This document shows positions 42,495 through 52,824 of a DNA stretch of 64,000 bases, piece by piece (position 1 is the first letter of the stretch; each line of letters starts with the position of its first letter). The notes under the pieces are model-generated. The model did no database searches and had not been told where the DNA came from. It saw only the letters and a list, made by a program, of their open reading frames with translations. The translations under genes and the position numbers were made by a program. Source of the DNA: Candidatus Eiseniibacteriota bacterium (GTDB taxonomy: Bacteria; Eisenbacteria; RBG-16-71-46); NCBI GenBank assembly GCA_963707915.1, contig OY970178.1, positions 160,001-224,000 of the forward strand. The letters are read 5' to 3'.

Positions 42495-43508
42495 ATGAGC
42501 GCGCCCGCGGCGGTCCCGCCGTACGACCCGGCCGCGTTGCCCGCGCGCGAGGCGATGGCGGCGCGGCTCGATGACGCCGTCCCGCGCGTGAGCGCGGTCG
42601 CCCACCGCACGCCGGTCGCCACCTCGCGGACCCTGGACGCGCGCACCGGCGCGAGCGTCTACCTCAAGTGCGAGAACCTGCAGCGGATGGGGGCGTTCAA
42701 GTTCCGGGGCGCCTACAACACCATCTCGCGGCTGTCGCCCGACGCGCTGAAGCGCGGCGTGATCGCCTACTCGTCCGGCAACCACGCCCAGGCCGTCGCC
42801 CTGGTCGCGCGCACGCTCGAGGCGCCGGCGGTGATCGTGATGCCGAGCCACGCGCCGCGGCCGAAGCTCGAGGCGACGCGCGGCTACGGCGCCGAGGTCG
42901 TCTTCTACGACGTGCTGGGCGAGCCGCGCGAGGCGCTGGCGGCGCGGCTCGCGGCCGAGCGCGGGCTCACGCTGGTGCCGCCCTTCGACCACCCGGACAT
43001 CATCGCCGGGGCGGGCACGGCCGCCGCGGAGTTGTTCGAGGACGCCGGGCCGATGGACGTGCTGCTGGTGCCGGTGGGGGGCGGCGGCCTCATCTCGGGC
43101 TCGGCGCTGGCGGCCGACCTGCGCTGTGGCGGGCGCTGCCGCGTGGTCGGCGTGGAACCCGCGGCGGGCGACGACGCCGGCCGCTCGTTCCGCGAGGGCC
43201 GCATCGTGACCATCGCGCCGCCGGTCACCATCGCCGACGGCGCGCGCACGCCCTGCGTCGGGCCGCTCACCCTCGAGATGATGCGGCGCCACGTCGGCGA
43301 GATGACCACCGTGCCGGACGCGGCGCTGATCGAGGCCATGCGGTTCGTCTGGGAGCGCATGAAGCTGGTGGTCGAGCCGACCGGGGTGCTGGGCCTGGCC
43401 GCGCTGCTCACCGGCCAGGTGCGCGCCGAGGGCAAGCGCGTGGGCGTCATCCTCTCGGGCGGCAACGTCGACCTGGCGCGCGCGGGGGAGTGGTTCGGGA
43501 GCGCGTGA
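42495..43508 (+). CDS. PLP-dependent Ser/Thr dehydratase family (threo-3-hydroxyaspartate ammonia-lyase-like)
   Basis: KCENLQRMGAFKFRGA, SSGNHAQA, VGGGGL and SGGNVD. No regulatory domain. Confidence 0.9.
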   Translation: MSAPAAVPPYDPAALPAREAMAARLDDAVPRVSAVAHRTPVATSRTLDARTGASVYLKCENLQRMGAFKFRGAYNTISRLSPDALKRGVIAYSSGNHAQAVALVARTLEAPAVIVMPSHAPRPKLEATRGYGAEVVFYDVLGEPREALAARLAAERGLTLVPPFDHPDIIAGAGTAAAELFEDAGPMDVLLVPVGGGGLISGSALAADLRCGGRCRVVGVEPAAGDDAGRSFREGRIVTIAPPVTIADGARTPCVGPLTLEMMRRHVGEMTTVPDAALIEAMRFVWERMKLVVEPTGVLGLAALLTGQVRAEGKRVGVILSGGNVDLARAGEWFGSA

Positions 43509-43641
43509 CGGGGGCGCCGCGCCGGCAGTCGTCGCCGGTGGGGAGGCGCGGCCTGGACGCACGGCGCGGGAACACGAACCCCCGCCGGACGGGGACCGTC
43601 CAACGGGGGTCGTCACCTTCGCGGGCGGAGGAGTTCGACCG

Positions 43642-44832
43642 CTACTTCATCCCCGCCTTGGCGAGCGCCTCGCGCAGCACGCTCTCCTCGCGCACGCCGG
43701 TGAAGTACGAGCTGATCCTGCCGTCCCGGCCGATCACCACCAGCGTGGGGATGCCGTCGGCCTGGTACTTGCGCCCGACGTCACCGTTCACGTCGAGCAG
43801 GATGGGGATGGAGTAGGGGTTCTTGGCGAGGAAGCCCTTCACGGTCGCGGGATCCTCGGCGTAGTCGACGCCGAACACCACCAGCCCCTTGGCCCTGAAC
43901 TCCCGGTAGAGCTTCTCCACGCGTGGCATCTCGATGCGGCACGGGGCGCACCAGGTGGCCCAGAAGTCGAGGAGCACGACCTTGCCCTTGTAGGCTGCGA
44001 GCGAGACCGTGCTGCCCTTGACCCCCTTGAGCGTGAACGGCGGCGCGGGCTTGCCGACCAGCGGCGACACCGTCTCGGGGGTGGCCGGGGGGCCGAACTG
44101 CTGCACCAGCTTCGCGTCCGCCGGGGGCGAGAAGGCGAAGAGCGCGTCGGGCAGCGGCTCGTTCACGCTGGCCAGCGAATAGCCCGTCACCTGGTCCATC
44201 TGCATCGGGGCGCCGGTCGAGGAGTTGCGCATGTGGATGCTGATGCTGTCGCGTAGCACCAGCTTCCGTGCCTTGTCCACCCAGTAGGTGGCCGTGGCGC
44301 CCGCCGAGGTGTCCGCGGCGAGCGCCTGGAACGGCGTCATGTCGGCGCGCACCACCCAGCAGTCGGCCGTGACGCCGCCGACGGTGACCGGCTGCTCCCC
44401 GGTGAGGCTGGCGGCCCGCAGGTCCTGGAGCGGGTCGAAGTAGCGCGCGAGCGGCGAGTTCTGCGGCGGTTTCGGCATCCCCGCGCTGTCCGACACGGCC
44501 TCCGCCGGTTTCTGCGTGTACTGGTTGAACGAGGCGACGTACATCGAGGTCTGGCGTCCGTCCGAGACCAGCGCGCCGCCCATCTGGGGGTGGCGCATCT
44601 CCAGGCGCGCGCGCCCCGCGCGATCGGCCGCCGCGACCACGGGGACGTCGAAGGCCTGGCCCGCCCCGCCGCTCACCCGGATGTTCATCGAGCCCTCGAA
44701 GTGATAGCTGGTGAGCGCGCGATAGGTGGCGCTCACCTGCCCGAGGAGCGTGCGCCCGTCGGGCGCCGGCTCGGCCCGCACCGGACCGGCGAGGGAGAGG
44801 GCGAGCAGCGCGACCAGGATGGGCTTGAGCAT
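43642..44832 (-). CDS. Exported LolA-like domain plus TlpA/redoxin fusion
   Basis: Signal peptide, beta-rich region ending 'EPLPDALFAFSPPADAK', then APPFTL..LLDFWATWCAPCRIEMP. Confidence 0.85.
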   Translation of the reverse strand: MLKPILVALLALSLAGPVRAEPAPDGRTLLGQVSATYRALTSYHFEGSMNIRVSGGAGQAFDVPVVAAADRAGRARLEMRHPQMGGALVSDGRQTSMYVASFNQYTQKPAEAVSDSAGMPKPPQNSPLARYFDPLQDLRAASLTGEQPVTVGGVTADCWVVRADMTPFQALAADTSAGATATYWVDKARKLVLRDSISIHMRNSSTGAPMQMDQVTGYSLASVNEPLPDALFAFSPPADAKLVQQFGPPATPETVSPLVGKPAPPFTLKGVKGSTVSLAAYKGKVVLLDFWATWCAPCRIEMPRVEKLYREFRAKGLVVFGVDYAEDPATVKGFLAKNPYSIPILLDVNGDVGRKYQADGIPTLVVIGRDGRISSYFTGVREESVLREALAKAGMK

Positions 44833-45002
44833 GGCGGGATTCCTCTGGGCTGGGTTCGGGTCGGTACTCGGGAGTGGCCGATGAGGATACCCCGCGGGAA
44901 CGGGGCGCGTCCACGCCGCGGTCGGCGTTCTGCGGGGACGGACGCGGGGCGCGGCAGCGTCACCGTGCCCCGCGGCGCGCCCGCAGCGCCCGGGAGGGCG
45001 GC

Positions 45003-46643
45003 TCAGGCGCCCGCGAGCCGGGCGAGCGCGGCCGTGACGTCGCCCGCGAAGTGCAGCCGGACCACCCTCCGGTCGCGCCGGGCCAGCACCTCGTAGTCGC
45101 CGGCGGCCTGCGCGCGGCGCAGCATCCCGAAGCTGTACGGTTCGCCGGGGATCGGGACGTCGGGCCCCTCGTCCGCGGTGACCTGCAGGAAGAGGCCGCG
45201 GGCGGACCCGCCCTTGTGAAGCTGGCCGGTCGAGTGCAGGAAGCGCGGGCCGATGCCGAGCGTGGTGGCGAGCCCGGCGGGCCCGCCACCGGCCGCGCGC
45301 ACGCGCTGGAGCGCCCGCTCCACCGCCGGCGTGGCGTGCAGGTAGGCGAGCAGGGCGAGGTAGTCGCCCGGGCGGGCGAGCGAGCGCAGCGCCGCGAGCG
45401 CGGCGCGCGGATCGGCGGCGCCCGCCGCGCGCAGCGCCGGCTCCGCCGGGCCGGCGGCGTACAGGCTCCAGCCGTCGCCGGTCGCCAGCGCCGCCTCCGC
45501 GGGGAAGCGGCCCTCGGCGAGCGCGCGGTCGAGCACCGCCTGCGTCGCCTGCTTGGCCTCGGACACGTTGGGCTCGTCGAAAGGGTCCACGCCGAGCACG
45601 GCGGCCGCGGCCGCGGTCGCGATCTCCCAGCGCAGGAACGCCGCGCCCAGGTCGCGCGGCGACTCGAGGTCGACCAGCCAGGCGGGGCCGGCACGATGGG
45701 CGATCGACCGGCCGAGCGCGGGAGCGAGGTCGGGCGTCGCGGCGAAGGCCCGGTCCGTGCCGGCGAGCGCCGCGGGCCCGATCGCCTCGCCGTCCACCGG
45801 CACGACGCCGAGACCGTCCTTGCCGGTGCTCTCGGCGACGAGTTGCTCGACCCACGCGCCGAAGGGCGCCCAGTGCGGGCCGAAGGCGAGCGTGAGCTTG
45901 TCCTGGCCGGCGCGCGCGGCCTCGCCCACGGCGACGCCGAAGGTCACTCCCGCGCCCCCGGCGGGGTCGCGGCGGGCCTCGTCCAGCTCGCGCGCCGCGC
46001 TCTCGAGTAGCGCGGCGGGGCTCGCGCCGATGAGCGCCGCGGGCAGCAGGCCGAACAGCGAGAGCGCGGAGTAGCGTCCGCCCACGTCGGGCGGGTTGAG
46101 GAACACGCGGCGGTAGCCGCGCGCCGCGGCGCGCCCGGCGAGCGGGCTCCCGGGGTCGGTGATGGCGACGAAGGCGCTGCCCGCCGCGGCGCCGCGCGCC
46201 GCGCGCGTCCATTCGAAGAAGTACTTCTCGAAGGAGGCGACCTCGATGGTGCCGCCCGACTTCGAGGAGACCAGGAACAGCGTGCGGCGCGGGTCGTGCG
46301 CGTCCGCGACGGCGCGCACCGCGGCCGGCGAGGTGTTGTCGAGCACGGTCAGCTCGAGGAACCCCGGCGCGACGCCGAGCATCCGCCGCAGGACCTCGGG
46401 GGCGAGGCTCGAGCCGCCCATGCCGAGCAGCACGGCGTGGGTGAAGCCCTCGGAGCGGACCCCGGCCACGAAGGCCTCGAGCCCTGCCACCTCACCGCGC
46501 ATGCCTCCGGGCAGGTCGAGCCAGCCGAGGCGGTTCGCCGCGACCTTGCGGTGCGCCGGGTCGGTGCTCCAGAGCGTCGCGTCCTTGCGCCAGAGCCGGG
46601 TGGCGAAGTCCGCGCGCCGCGCGCCGTCCCAGGCGGCGCTCAC
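45003..46643 (-). CDS. pgi: Glucose-6-phosphate isomerase (Tal-Pgi type PGI)
   Basis: GMGGSSL, SSKSGGT, VGGRYSALS, EQLVAESTGK, PFDEPNVSEAK and HSTGQLHKGG. Confidence 0.9.
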   Translation of the reverse strand: MSAAWDGARRADFATRLWRKDATLWSTDPAHRKVAANRLGWLDLPGGMRGEVAGLEAFVAGVRSEGFTHAVLLGMGGSSLAPEVLRRMLGVAPGFLELTVLDNTSPAAVRAVADAHDPRRTLFLVSSKSGGTIEVASFEKYFFEWTRAARGAAAGSAFVAITDPGSPLAGRAAARGYRRVFLNPPDVGGRYSALSLFGLLPAALIGASPAALLESAARELDEARRDPAGGAGVTFGVAVGEAARAGQDKLTLAFGPHWAPFGAWVEQLVAESTGKDGLGVVPVDGEAIGPAALAGTDRAFAATPDLAPALGRSIAHRAGPAWLVDLESPRDLGAAFLRWEIATAAAAAVLGVDPFDEPNVSEAKQATQAVLDRALAEGRFPAEAALATGDGWSLYAAGPAEPALRAAGAADPRAALAALRSLARPGDYLALLAYLHATPAVERALQRVRAAGGGPAGLATTLGIGPRFLHSTGQLHKGGSARGLFLQVTADEGPDVPIPGEPYSFGMLRRAQAAGDYEVLARRDRRVVRLHFAGDVTAALARLAGA

Positions 46644-47779
46644 GACTGGACCGCCATCCGCGCGCGCTTCTCCTCGAGCGTGGCCAGCAGCGAATCGAAG
46701 GACTTCGCGAACGCCGTCACGCCCTCCTCCTCGAGCTGGCCGATGAGCTCCCCGACCGGCACGCCCAGCTCGGGCAGGCGCCGGAACAGCGCCGCCGCCT
46801 CGTCCGCGCCGCGCAGCAGCCGCGGGTCGAGCACGCCGTGGTCGTTGTAGGCCGCGAGCGTCGCGGGCGGGATGGTGTTCACCGTGTCGGGGCCGATCAG
46901 CTCGTCGACGTAGAGCGTGTCGGAGTAGGCCGGGTTCTTGGTGCTGGTCGAGGCCCAGAGCGGGCGCTGCAGCCGGGCGCCGCGCGCGGCGAGCGCGTGG
47001 AAACGCGGCGTGTCGAAGACCTCGCGGAAGCGGGCGTAGGCCAGCTTGGCGTTGGCGACCGCGGCCTGGCCGCGCAGGTCGGCGAGCTCGACGTGCTCGA
47101 CCGAGTCGGCGGGCAGGGTGGCGAGGCGCCGTTCGATCGCGGCATCCACCTTGCCGTCGACGCGCGAGACGAAGAACGAGGCCACCGAGACCACCGGGGC
47201 AAGCGGCTCGCCCCGGGCGGCGCGGGCCTCGAGCCCGGAGAGGTAGGCCTCCATCACCTGCTCGTGGCGCGCCAGCGAGAAGATGAGCGTGACGTTCACG
47301 CAGGTCCCCTCCGCGATCAGCGTGCGGATCGCGGGCAGGCCCTCGGCGGTGGCGGGTACCTTGATCATCACGTTGGCGCGGTCCACCGCGGCCCGGAGCC
47401 GGCGCGCCTCCTCGACCGTGCCGGTGGCGTCGTGCGCCAGGCGCGGGCTCACCTCGATGCTCACGCGGCCGTCGCGCCCGCCGGTCCGCTCGAAGACCGG
47501 CAGCAGCGCGTCGCACGCCGCCTGCACGTCCGCGATGGCCAGCGACTCGTAGAGCGGCACCCCCGAGAGCCGGCGGGCGAGGCCGGCGCGGATGGCGTCG
47601 TCGTAGTCGCCGCCCTGCCCGATGGCCTGCTGGAAGATGGTCGGGTTCGAGGTCACGCCGACGACGCCCTGGTCGCGGACCTGCGCGGCGAAGACGCCGG
47701 ACCGGAGCTCGCGGCGGTGGATGTAGTCGAGCCAGACGCTCTGGCCGAGGTCGAGCAGTTGCTGGGCGCGGCAGGGCAT
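46640..47779 (-). CDS. tal: Transaldolase
   Basis: QSVWLD, GVTSNPTIF, VMIKVPAT, NVTLIFS, SFFVSRVD and LWASTSTK. Confidence 0.95.
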   Translation of the reverse strand: MPCRAQQLLDLGQSVWLDYIHRRELRSGVFAAQVRDQGVVGVTSNPTIFQQAIGQGGDYDDAIRAGLARRLSGVPLYESLAIADVQAACDALLPVFERTGGRDGRVSIEVSPRLAHDATGTVEEARRLRAAVDRANVMIKVPATAEGLPAIRTLIAEGTCVNVTLIFSLARHEQVMEAYLSGLEARAARGEPLAPVVSVASFFVSRVDGKVDAAIERRLATLPADSVEHVELADLRGQAAVANAKLAYARFREVFDTPRFHALAARGARLQRPLWASTSTKNPAYSDTLYVDELIGPDTVNTIPPATLAAYNDHGVLDPRLLRGADEAAALFRRLPELGVPVGELIGQLEEEGVTAFAKSFDSLLATLEEKRARMAVQS

Positions 47780-47966
47780 GGGATCTCCTGTGGACTCGGG
47801 CCGGGGCCGATGCACGGGTTCCCGAGGCGCGGCTCCGGCCGCCGGCCTCGCGGCGCGGCACCCGGGTGGATGTCGATGCATCAAACGTCACGGATTCACG
47901 GCCAAGATGCGCCCGGGCGGGGGCCGGACGCAAGGTGGCGGACGGCCCGTGGCGGTCCGCGGGCCA

Positions 47967-47995
47967 TTGCCGTTTGATGCAGCGGCCGCTACCAT
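47967..47995 (+). promoter_or_regulatory. Probable sigma70 promoter of pckG
   Basis: TTGCCG-N17-TACCAT. The spacer contains a motif that also occurs inverted upstream of tal. Confidence 0.55.
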
Positions 47996-48085
47996 GCGCG
48001 CGTCACGCCGAGTCAAGGCCGCCCACACCAGCCTTCCGCCGCCAGGTCCCTGGCCGGGCGGGAGCATCACCATAGGACGGACGAC

Positions 48086-49885
48086 ATGGCAGCCAATCGC
48101 AAGCTCGAGGCCTGGGTCCAGGAAGTCGCCGCGATGTGCCAGCCGGAGAAGGTGATCTGGTGCGACGGATCGCCGGCGGAATACCAGACCATGCTGCGCC
48201 TCATGGTGCAGGCGGGCACCGCCCAGTGGCTCGATCCCGGCAAGCGGCCCAACAGCATCTATGTGCGCTCCGACCCGGCCGACGTGGCGCGGGTCGAGGA
48301 ATTCACGTTCATCTGCTCCAGGAGCAAGGACGACGCGGGCCCGACCAACAACTGGCGTGACCCCGACGAGATCAAGCGCACCCTGACCGGGCTGTTCACC
48401 GGCTGCATGGCGGGCCGCACGCTCTTCGTGATCCCCTACAGCATGGGTCCGATCGGCTCGCCGATCGCCAAGATCGGCGTGGAGCTCACCGACTCGCCCT
48501 ACGTGGTCGCCAACATGCACACCATGGCCCGGGTCGGCACCCGGGTGCTCGAGGCGCTGGGCGCAGAGGGCGAGTTCGTGCGCGGGCTGCACTCGGTCGG
48601 CGCGCCGATCGCCTCGCCCACCGCGGCGGACGCGCCCTGGCCGTGCAACGCGCAGAACAAGTACATCTGCCACTTCCCCGAGACCCGCGAGATCTGGTCG
48701 TTCGGCTCGGGCTACGGCGGCAACGCCCTGCTCGGCAAGAAGTGCCACGCCCTGCGCATCGCCTCGGTGCAGGCCCGCGACGAGGGCTGGCTGGCGGAGC
48801 ACATGCTGATCCTCAAGCTCACCGACCCGGCGGGGAAGAGCCTCTACGTCGGGGCCGCGTTCCCCTCGGCCTGCGGCAAGACCAACCTGGCGATGCTGGA
48901 GCCGACGGTCAAGGGCTGGAAGGTCGAGACCATCGGTGACGACATCGCGTGGATGAAGTTCGGCGCCGACGGGCGGCTCTACGCCATCAACCCCGAGGCC
49001 GGCTTCTTCGGCGTCGCGCCGGGCACCAGCATGCAGAGCAACCCGAATGCCCTGCGCACGCTCAGCAAGAACGCCATCTTCACCAACTGCGCCATCACGC
49101 CCGAGGGCGACATCTGGTGGGAGGGGATGGGCGGCGAGACCCCGCCGAACCTGGTGGACTGGCTGCGGCGCCCCTGGACGCCGAAGAGCGACCGCAAGGC
49201 GGCGCACCCGAACTCGCGCTTCACCGTGCCGGCGCGACAGTGCCCGGTGATCGCTCCCGAGTGGGAGGATCCCAAGGGCGTGCCGATCTCGGCGTTCCTC
49301 TTTGGCGGCCGGCGCGCGACCACGGCACCGCTGGTGAACGAGGCGTTCAACTGGCAGCACGGCACGTTCCTCGGCTCGATCATGAGCAGCGAGACCACCG
49401 CCGCGGCGGCCGGTGCCCAGGGCCAGTTGCGCTTCGACCCGTTCGCCATGCTGCCGTTCTGCGGCTACCACATGGGGGACTACTTCGCGCACTGGCTCAA
49501 GGTCGGCGGGGCGAGCACGGCCGACAAGCTGCCGCGCATCTACTACGTGAACTGGTTCCGCCGCGGCGCCGACGGCGGCTTCCTGTGGCCGGGCTACGGC
49601 GAGAACAGCCGCGTGCTCAAGTGGATCTTCGAGCGCGTGACGGGGACGGCGCAGGCGGTGGATACGCCCATCGGCCGTCTGCCCGCGCCGGGCGCGCTCG
49701 ACCTCGCGGGCCTGGACGTGCCGAAGGCGGCGCAGGACGAACTGCTGCGCGTGGATGCCGGGCGCTGGCTGGCGGACCTGCCCTTGATCCGGGCGCACTA
49801 CGAGAAGTTCGGCAGCCGGCTGCCGGCGGTGCTGAAGCAGGAACTGGACGCGCTCGAGGCGAGGCTCAAGGGCGCGGCGAAGTAG
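48086..49885 (+). CDS. pckG: Phosphoenolpyruvate carboxykinase (GTP)
   Basis: [38 protein letters not shown] and HPNSRF. Confidence 0.97.
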   Translation: MAANRKLEAWVQEVAAMCQPEKVIWCDGSPAEYQTMLRLMVQAGTAQWLDPGKRPNSIYVRSDPADVARVEEFTFICSRSKDDAGPTNNWRDPDEIKRTLTGLFTGCMAGRTLFVIPYSMGPIGSPIAKIGVELTDSPYVVANMHTMARVGTRVLEALGAEGEFVRGLHSVGAPIASPTAADAPWPCNAQNKYICHFPETREIWSFGSGYGGNALLGKKCHALRIASVQARDEGWLAEHMLILKLTDPAGKSLYVGAAFPSACGKTNLAMLEPTVKGWKVETIGDDIAWMKFGADGRLYAINPEAGFFGVAPGTSMQSNPNALRTLSKNAIFTNCAITPEGDIWWEGMGGETPPNLVDWLRRPWTPKSDRKAAHPNSRFTVPARQCPVIAPEWEDPKGVPISAFLFGGRRATTAPLVNEAFNWQHGTFLGSIMSSETTAAAAGAQGQLRFDPFAMLPFCGYHMGDYFAHWLKVGGASTADKLPRIYYVNWFRRGADGGFLWPGYGENSRVLKWIFERVTGTAQAVDTPIGRLPAPGALDLAGLDVPKAAQDELLRVDAGRWLADLPLIRAHYEKFGSRLPAVLKQELDALEARLKGAAK

Positions 49886-49966
49886 GCGAAGGGCCGCGCC
49901 CGACGCGCGGCCCGCAGGAGATCGAGACGCGACGCCCGGGGCGCATGGCCGCGGGCGTCGCGCCGT

Positions 49967-50944
49967 TCAGGGCTCCGCCAGCGCCAGCCGGGCCGCGCCC
50001 CAGAGGGCCGCGCGGTCGTCGCGCAGGACCGTGACCGGGATGCGCGCCAGCACCGGGCCGAGGCGGCCCTTGTCGCGGAAGGCCTCGAGGAAGCCGTTGC
50101 CGCGCAGCAGCGGGAGGATGCGCGGGGCGATCCCGCCACCGAGGAAGACCCCGTTCACGGCGAGCGCCTTGAGGGCGAGGTTGCCGGCCTCGGCGCCGTA
50201 GATCGAGACGAAGCGCTCGAGCGCCAGCCGCGCGCGCGCGCAGGAGCCGTCGAGCGCGGCCGCGCTCACCACCGCGGCCGGGTCCGCGGCGCTCTCGAAG
50301 GCGGCGGCGACGTCGGCCGACGCCGCTCCGCGCCCGGTCGCGGCGAGGAAGCGGTAGAGGTCCGCGAGGCCCTGCCCCGAGAGGATGCGCTCGTAGCTCA
50401 CGCGCCCGTGGCGCGCGCGGAGCCAGAGCAGCAACTCGTCCTCGAGCGCGTCGCGCGGAGCGAAATCGGTGTGCCCGCCCTCGGAGGCGCACGGCCGCCA
50501 GGTCGTCCCGTCCCAGGTGAGCAGCGCCTCGCCCAGTCCCGTGCCGGCCGCGATCAGGGCGCGGTTGCCGGTCCGGGGCGCGCCGGCGTGCAGCGTCTCG
50601 ATCTCGCCCGCCTCCAGCAGCGGCAGGCTCCAGGCGGTCGCCTCGAGGTCGTTGACGAGCAGCACCGGGGCGCCGCCGAGCGCGGCGCCGAGCGCCGCGG
50701 CGCCGATCCTCCACGGCAGGTTGGTGGCCACCACCTGCTGTTCCACGACCGGCCCGGCGACGCCGAGGACGGCGCGGCCCGGCCGCGCGGGCGCACCGGC
50801 CAGGAACGCCCGCACCAGGGCCTCGAGCGAGGCGTAGTCGCGGCTGGGCAGGCGGCGCTCGAAGACGGGCGCGCGCACCGCGGCGGCGGGCTCGTAGAGG
50901 GCAAGGTGGGTCTTCGTCCCACCGACGTCACCGGCGAGGATCAC
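49967..50944 (-). CDS. glk: Glucokinase
   Basis: LAGDVGGTKT, GVAGPV, VNDLEA, AGTGLG, SEGGH and GGGIAP. Confidence 0.95.
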   Translation of the reverse strand: MILAGDVGGTKTHLALYEPAAAVRAPVFERRLPSRDYASLEALVRAFLAGAPARPGRAVLGVAGPVVEQQVVATNLPWRIGAAALGAALGGAPVLLVNDLEATAWSLPLLEAGEIETLHAGAPRTGNRALIAAGTGLGEALLTWDGTTWRPCASEGGHTDFAPRDALEDELLLWLRARHGRVSYERILSGQGLADLYRFLAATGRGAASADVAAAFESAADPAAVVSAAALDGSCARARLALERFVSIYGAEAGNLALKALAVNGVFLGGGIAPRILPLLRGNGFLEAFRDKGRLGPVLARIPVTVLRDDRAALWGAARLALAEP

Positions 50945-51070
50945 CGCGGCATCCTAACCCGTGCGATTCACCGGCCGCCAGCGGGCCGGGACGGTTGACG
51001 CCGCGCGCCGCCGCGGACAATATCGGCCTCGTCACACCGGACCCGTACTGGCCTCACCGGGAGGGACGTC

Positions 51071-52522
51071 ATGGGACCCATGCCTCGTTGTGTCCTGTCG
51101 CTGGTGCTGCTCGGGCTGGTGACCGCGGGTTGCGCGGTCAATCCCGTCACCGGCCGGCGCGAGTTGTCGCTGGTCGGCCCCGAGCAGGAGCTGAAGATCG
51201 GCAGCGAAGGCTACAAGGCGGTGGTCGCGGAGTACGGGCTCTATGGCGACCCGGCGCTCCAGGCCTACGTGAACGAGGTCGGGCAGAAGGTGGCGCGGAC
51301 CTCGCACCAGCCCAGCCTGGCGTGGCACTTCGCCGTGCTCGACGACCCGACGGTGAACGCCTTCGCCATGCCCGGCGGCTACATCTACATCACCCGCGGC
51401 ATCCTCGCCCACCTGAACTCCGAGGCGCAGCTGGCGGGCGTGCTGGGCCACGAGATCGGCCACGTCACCCATCGCCACACCGCCGAGCGCATCACGCAGC
51501 AGCAGCTCTACGGCCTGGGCCTGGGCGTGGCGTCGGCGGTCTCCGAGACCGTGCGCCGCTACGGTGACCTGGCGCAGCAGGGGCTGGGGCTGCTGTTCCT
51601 CAAGTACAGCCGCGACGACGAGCGGCAGGCCGACGAGCTGGGGGTCGCCTACGCCACCGCCGCCGGCTACGATCCGCGGGAGATCCCCTCGACCTACGCC
51701 ACGCTCAAGCGGGTCGGCGAACAGGGCGGACAGCGCCTGCCGGGCTTCCTCTCGACCCATCCCGACCCGGGCGACCGCGAGGTGACCACCGCGACGCTGG
51801 CGAAGCAGGCGGCGCAGGGGAAGACCGGCCTGACGGTCAACGGGCGGGGCTACGTGCAGCGCCTCGACGGCGTGGTCTTCGGCAGCGACCCGCGGCAGGG
51901 CTACTTCGTTGGGGACGAGTACATCCACCCGACGCTGCGCTTCCAGTTGACCTTCCCGGCGGGCTGGAAGCACCAGGACACGCGCTCTTCGGTGACCGCG
52001 CAGGAGCCGGGCCAGCAGGCGGTGCTGCAGTTGACGCTGGCGGACGCCGGCACGCTCGCGCCCGGCGCGTTCGTCCAGCAACTGGCCGGCCGCGGCACCT
52101 TCACCGACGTCGCGGGCAAGCCGGAGACCATCGGCGGCTTCCCGGCCTGGGTCGGCAGGGTCTCGGTGCCCCAGGACCAGGCGGCGCCGGTGCCGGCCGC
52201 GGCCGGCTACATCCGGCGCGCCGACTCGTTGACGTTCCAGGTGCTGGGCCGCAGCCAGCAGGCCGGGGACGCGAACGACGCGAAGATCTACGCGAGCCTG
52301 CGCTCGTTCCGGGCCGTGACCGACCTGGCGCGGCTCGCCGTGCAGCCCGACCGGGTGAAGGTGGAGAAGGTCGCCGCCACCGCGACCCTCGATGCGACCC
52401 TGCGGAAGCTGGGCGCGGCCGATAGCCTGTTCCCGACCGATGCGCTGCTGAACAGCCTCGAGACCGACGAGACCGTGATGGCGGGCACGCTGCTCAAGGT
52501 GGTCGTGCCCGGGAAGCGATAG
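51071..52522 (+). CDS. M48 family metalloprotease, lipoprotein
   Basis: Lipobox TAGC followed by AVNPVTG, NAFAMPGG, HEIGH, YSRDDERQAD and STHP. Confidence 0.92.
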   Translation: MGPMPRCVLSLVLLGLVTAGCAVNPVTGRRELSLVGPEQELKIGSEGYKAVVAEYGLYGDPALQAYVNEVGQKVARTSHQPSLAWHFAVLDDPTVNAFAMPGGYIYITRGILAHLNSEAQLAGVLGHEIGHVTHRHTAERITQQQLYGLGLGVASAVSETVRRYGDLAQQGLGLLFLKYSRDDERQADELGVAYATAAGYDPREIPSTYATLKRVGEQGGQRLPGFLSTHPDPGDREVTTATLAKQAAQGKTGLTVNGRGYVQRLDGVVFGSDPRQGYFVGDEYIHPTLRFQLTFPAGWKHQDTRSSVTAQEPGQQAVLQLTLADAGTLAPGAFVQQLAGRGTFTDVAGKPETIGGFPAWVGRVSVPQDQAAPVPAAAGYIRRADSLTFQVLGRSQQAGDANDAKIYASLRSFRAVTDLARLAVQPDRVKVEKVAATATLDATLRKLGAADSLFPTDALLNSLETDETVMAGTLLKVVVPGKR

Positions 52523-52591
52523 GCGCGAGGGACGACTCGTTCGCGCACCGCGGCGCCCGGACCAGGATGGGTCCGGGCGCTCGAGGACACC

Positions 52592-52676
52592 GCCGGGGTG
52601 GCGGAACTGGCTAGACGCGGCGGACTTAAAATCCGCCGGGCGCAAGCCCGTCCGGGTTCGACTCCCGGCCCCGGCA
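52592..52676 (+). tRNA. tRNA-Leu (anticodon TAA), CCA not encoded
   Basis: GCCGGGG/CCCCGGC acceptor stem, anticodon arm GCGGA-CTTAAAA-TCCGC, long variable arm GGGC-GCAA-GCCC, T loop GGTTCGACTCC. Confidence 0.95.
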
Positions 52677-52694
52677 GACTGCGCTGCAATACGT

Positions 52695-52720
52695 TAGGGC
52701 GCCTCGTGAGGGGCGCCCTA
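52695..52720. terminator. Hairpin downstream of tRNA-Leu
   Basis: TAGGGCGCC...GGCGCCCTA followed by GTTGTT. Confidence 0.55.
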
Positions 52721-52824
52721 GTTGTTGGAATCGTCCAACGTAGCACGCACGTAGCAACTAATCCGCTAACCGCCGCTGGAGCAGCCGGGGCGGAACGGGG
52801 CAACGTCGCGGGATCGTGGCGGGG

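Noticed and set aside
46600..46680. Frameshifted Tal-Pgi fusion
   Set aside because: The tal stop and pgi GTG form a standard GTGA overlap and both proteins look complete. Separate genes is the simpler reading, though reads were not checked.
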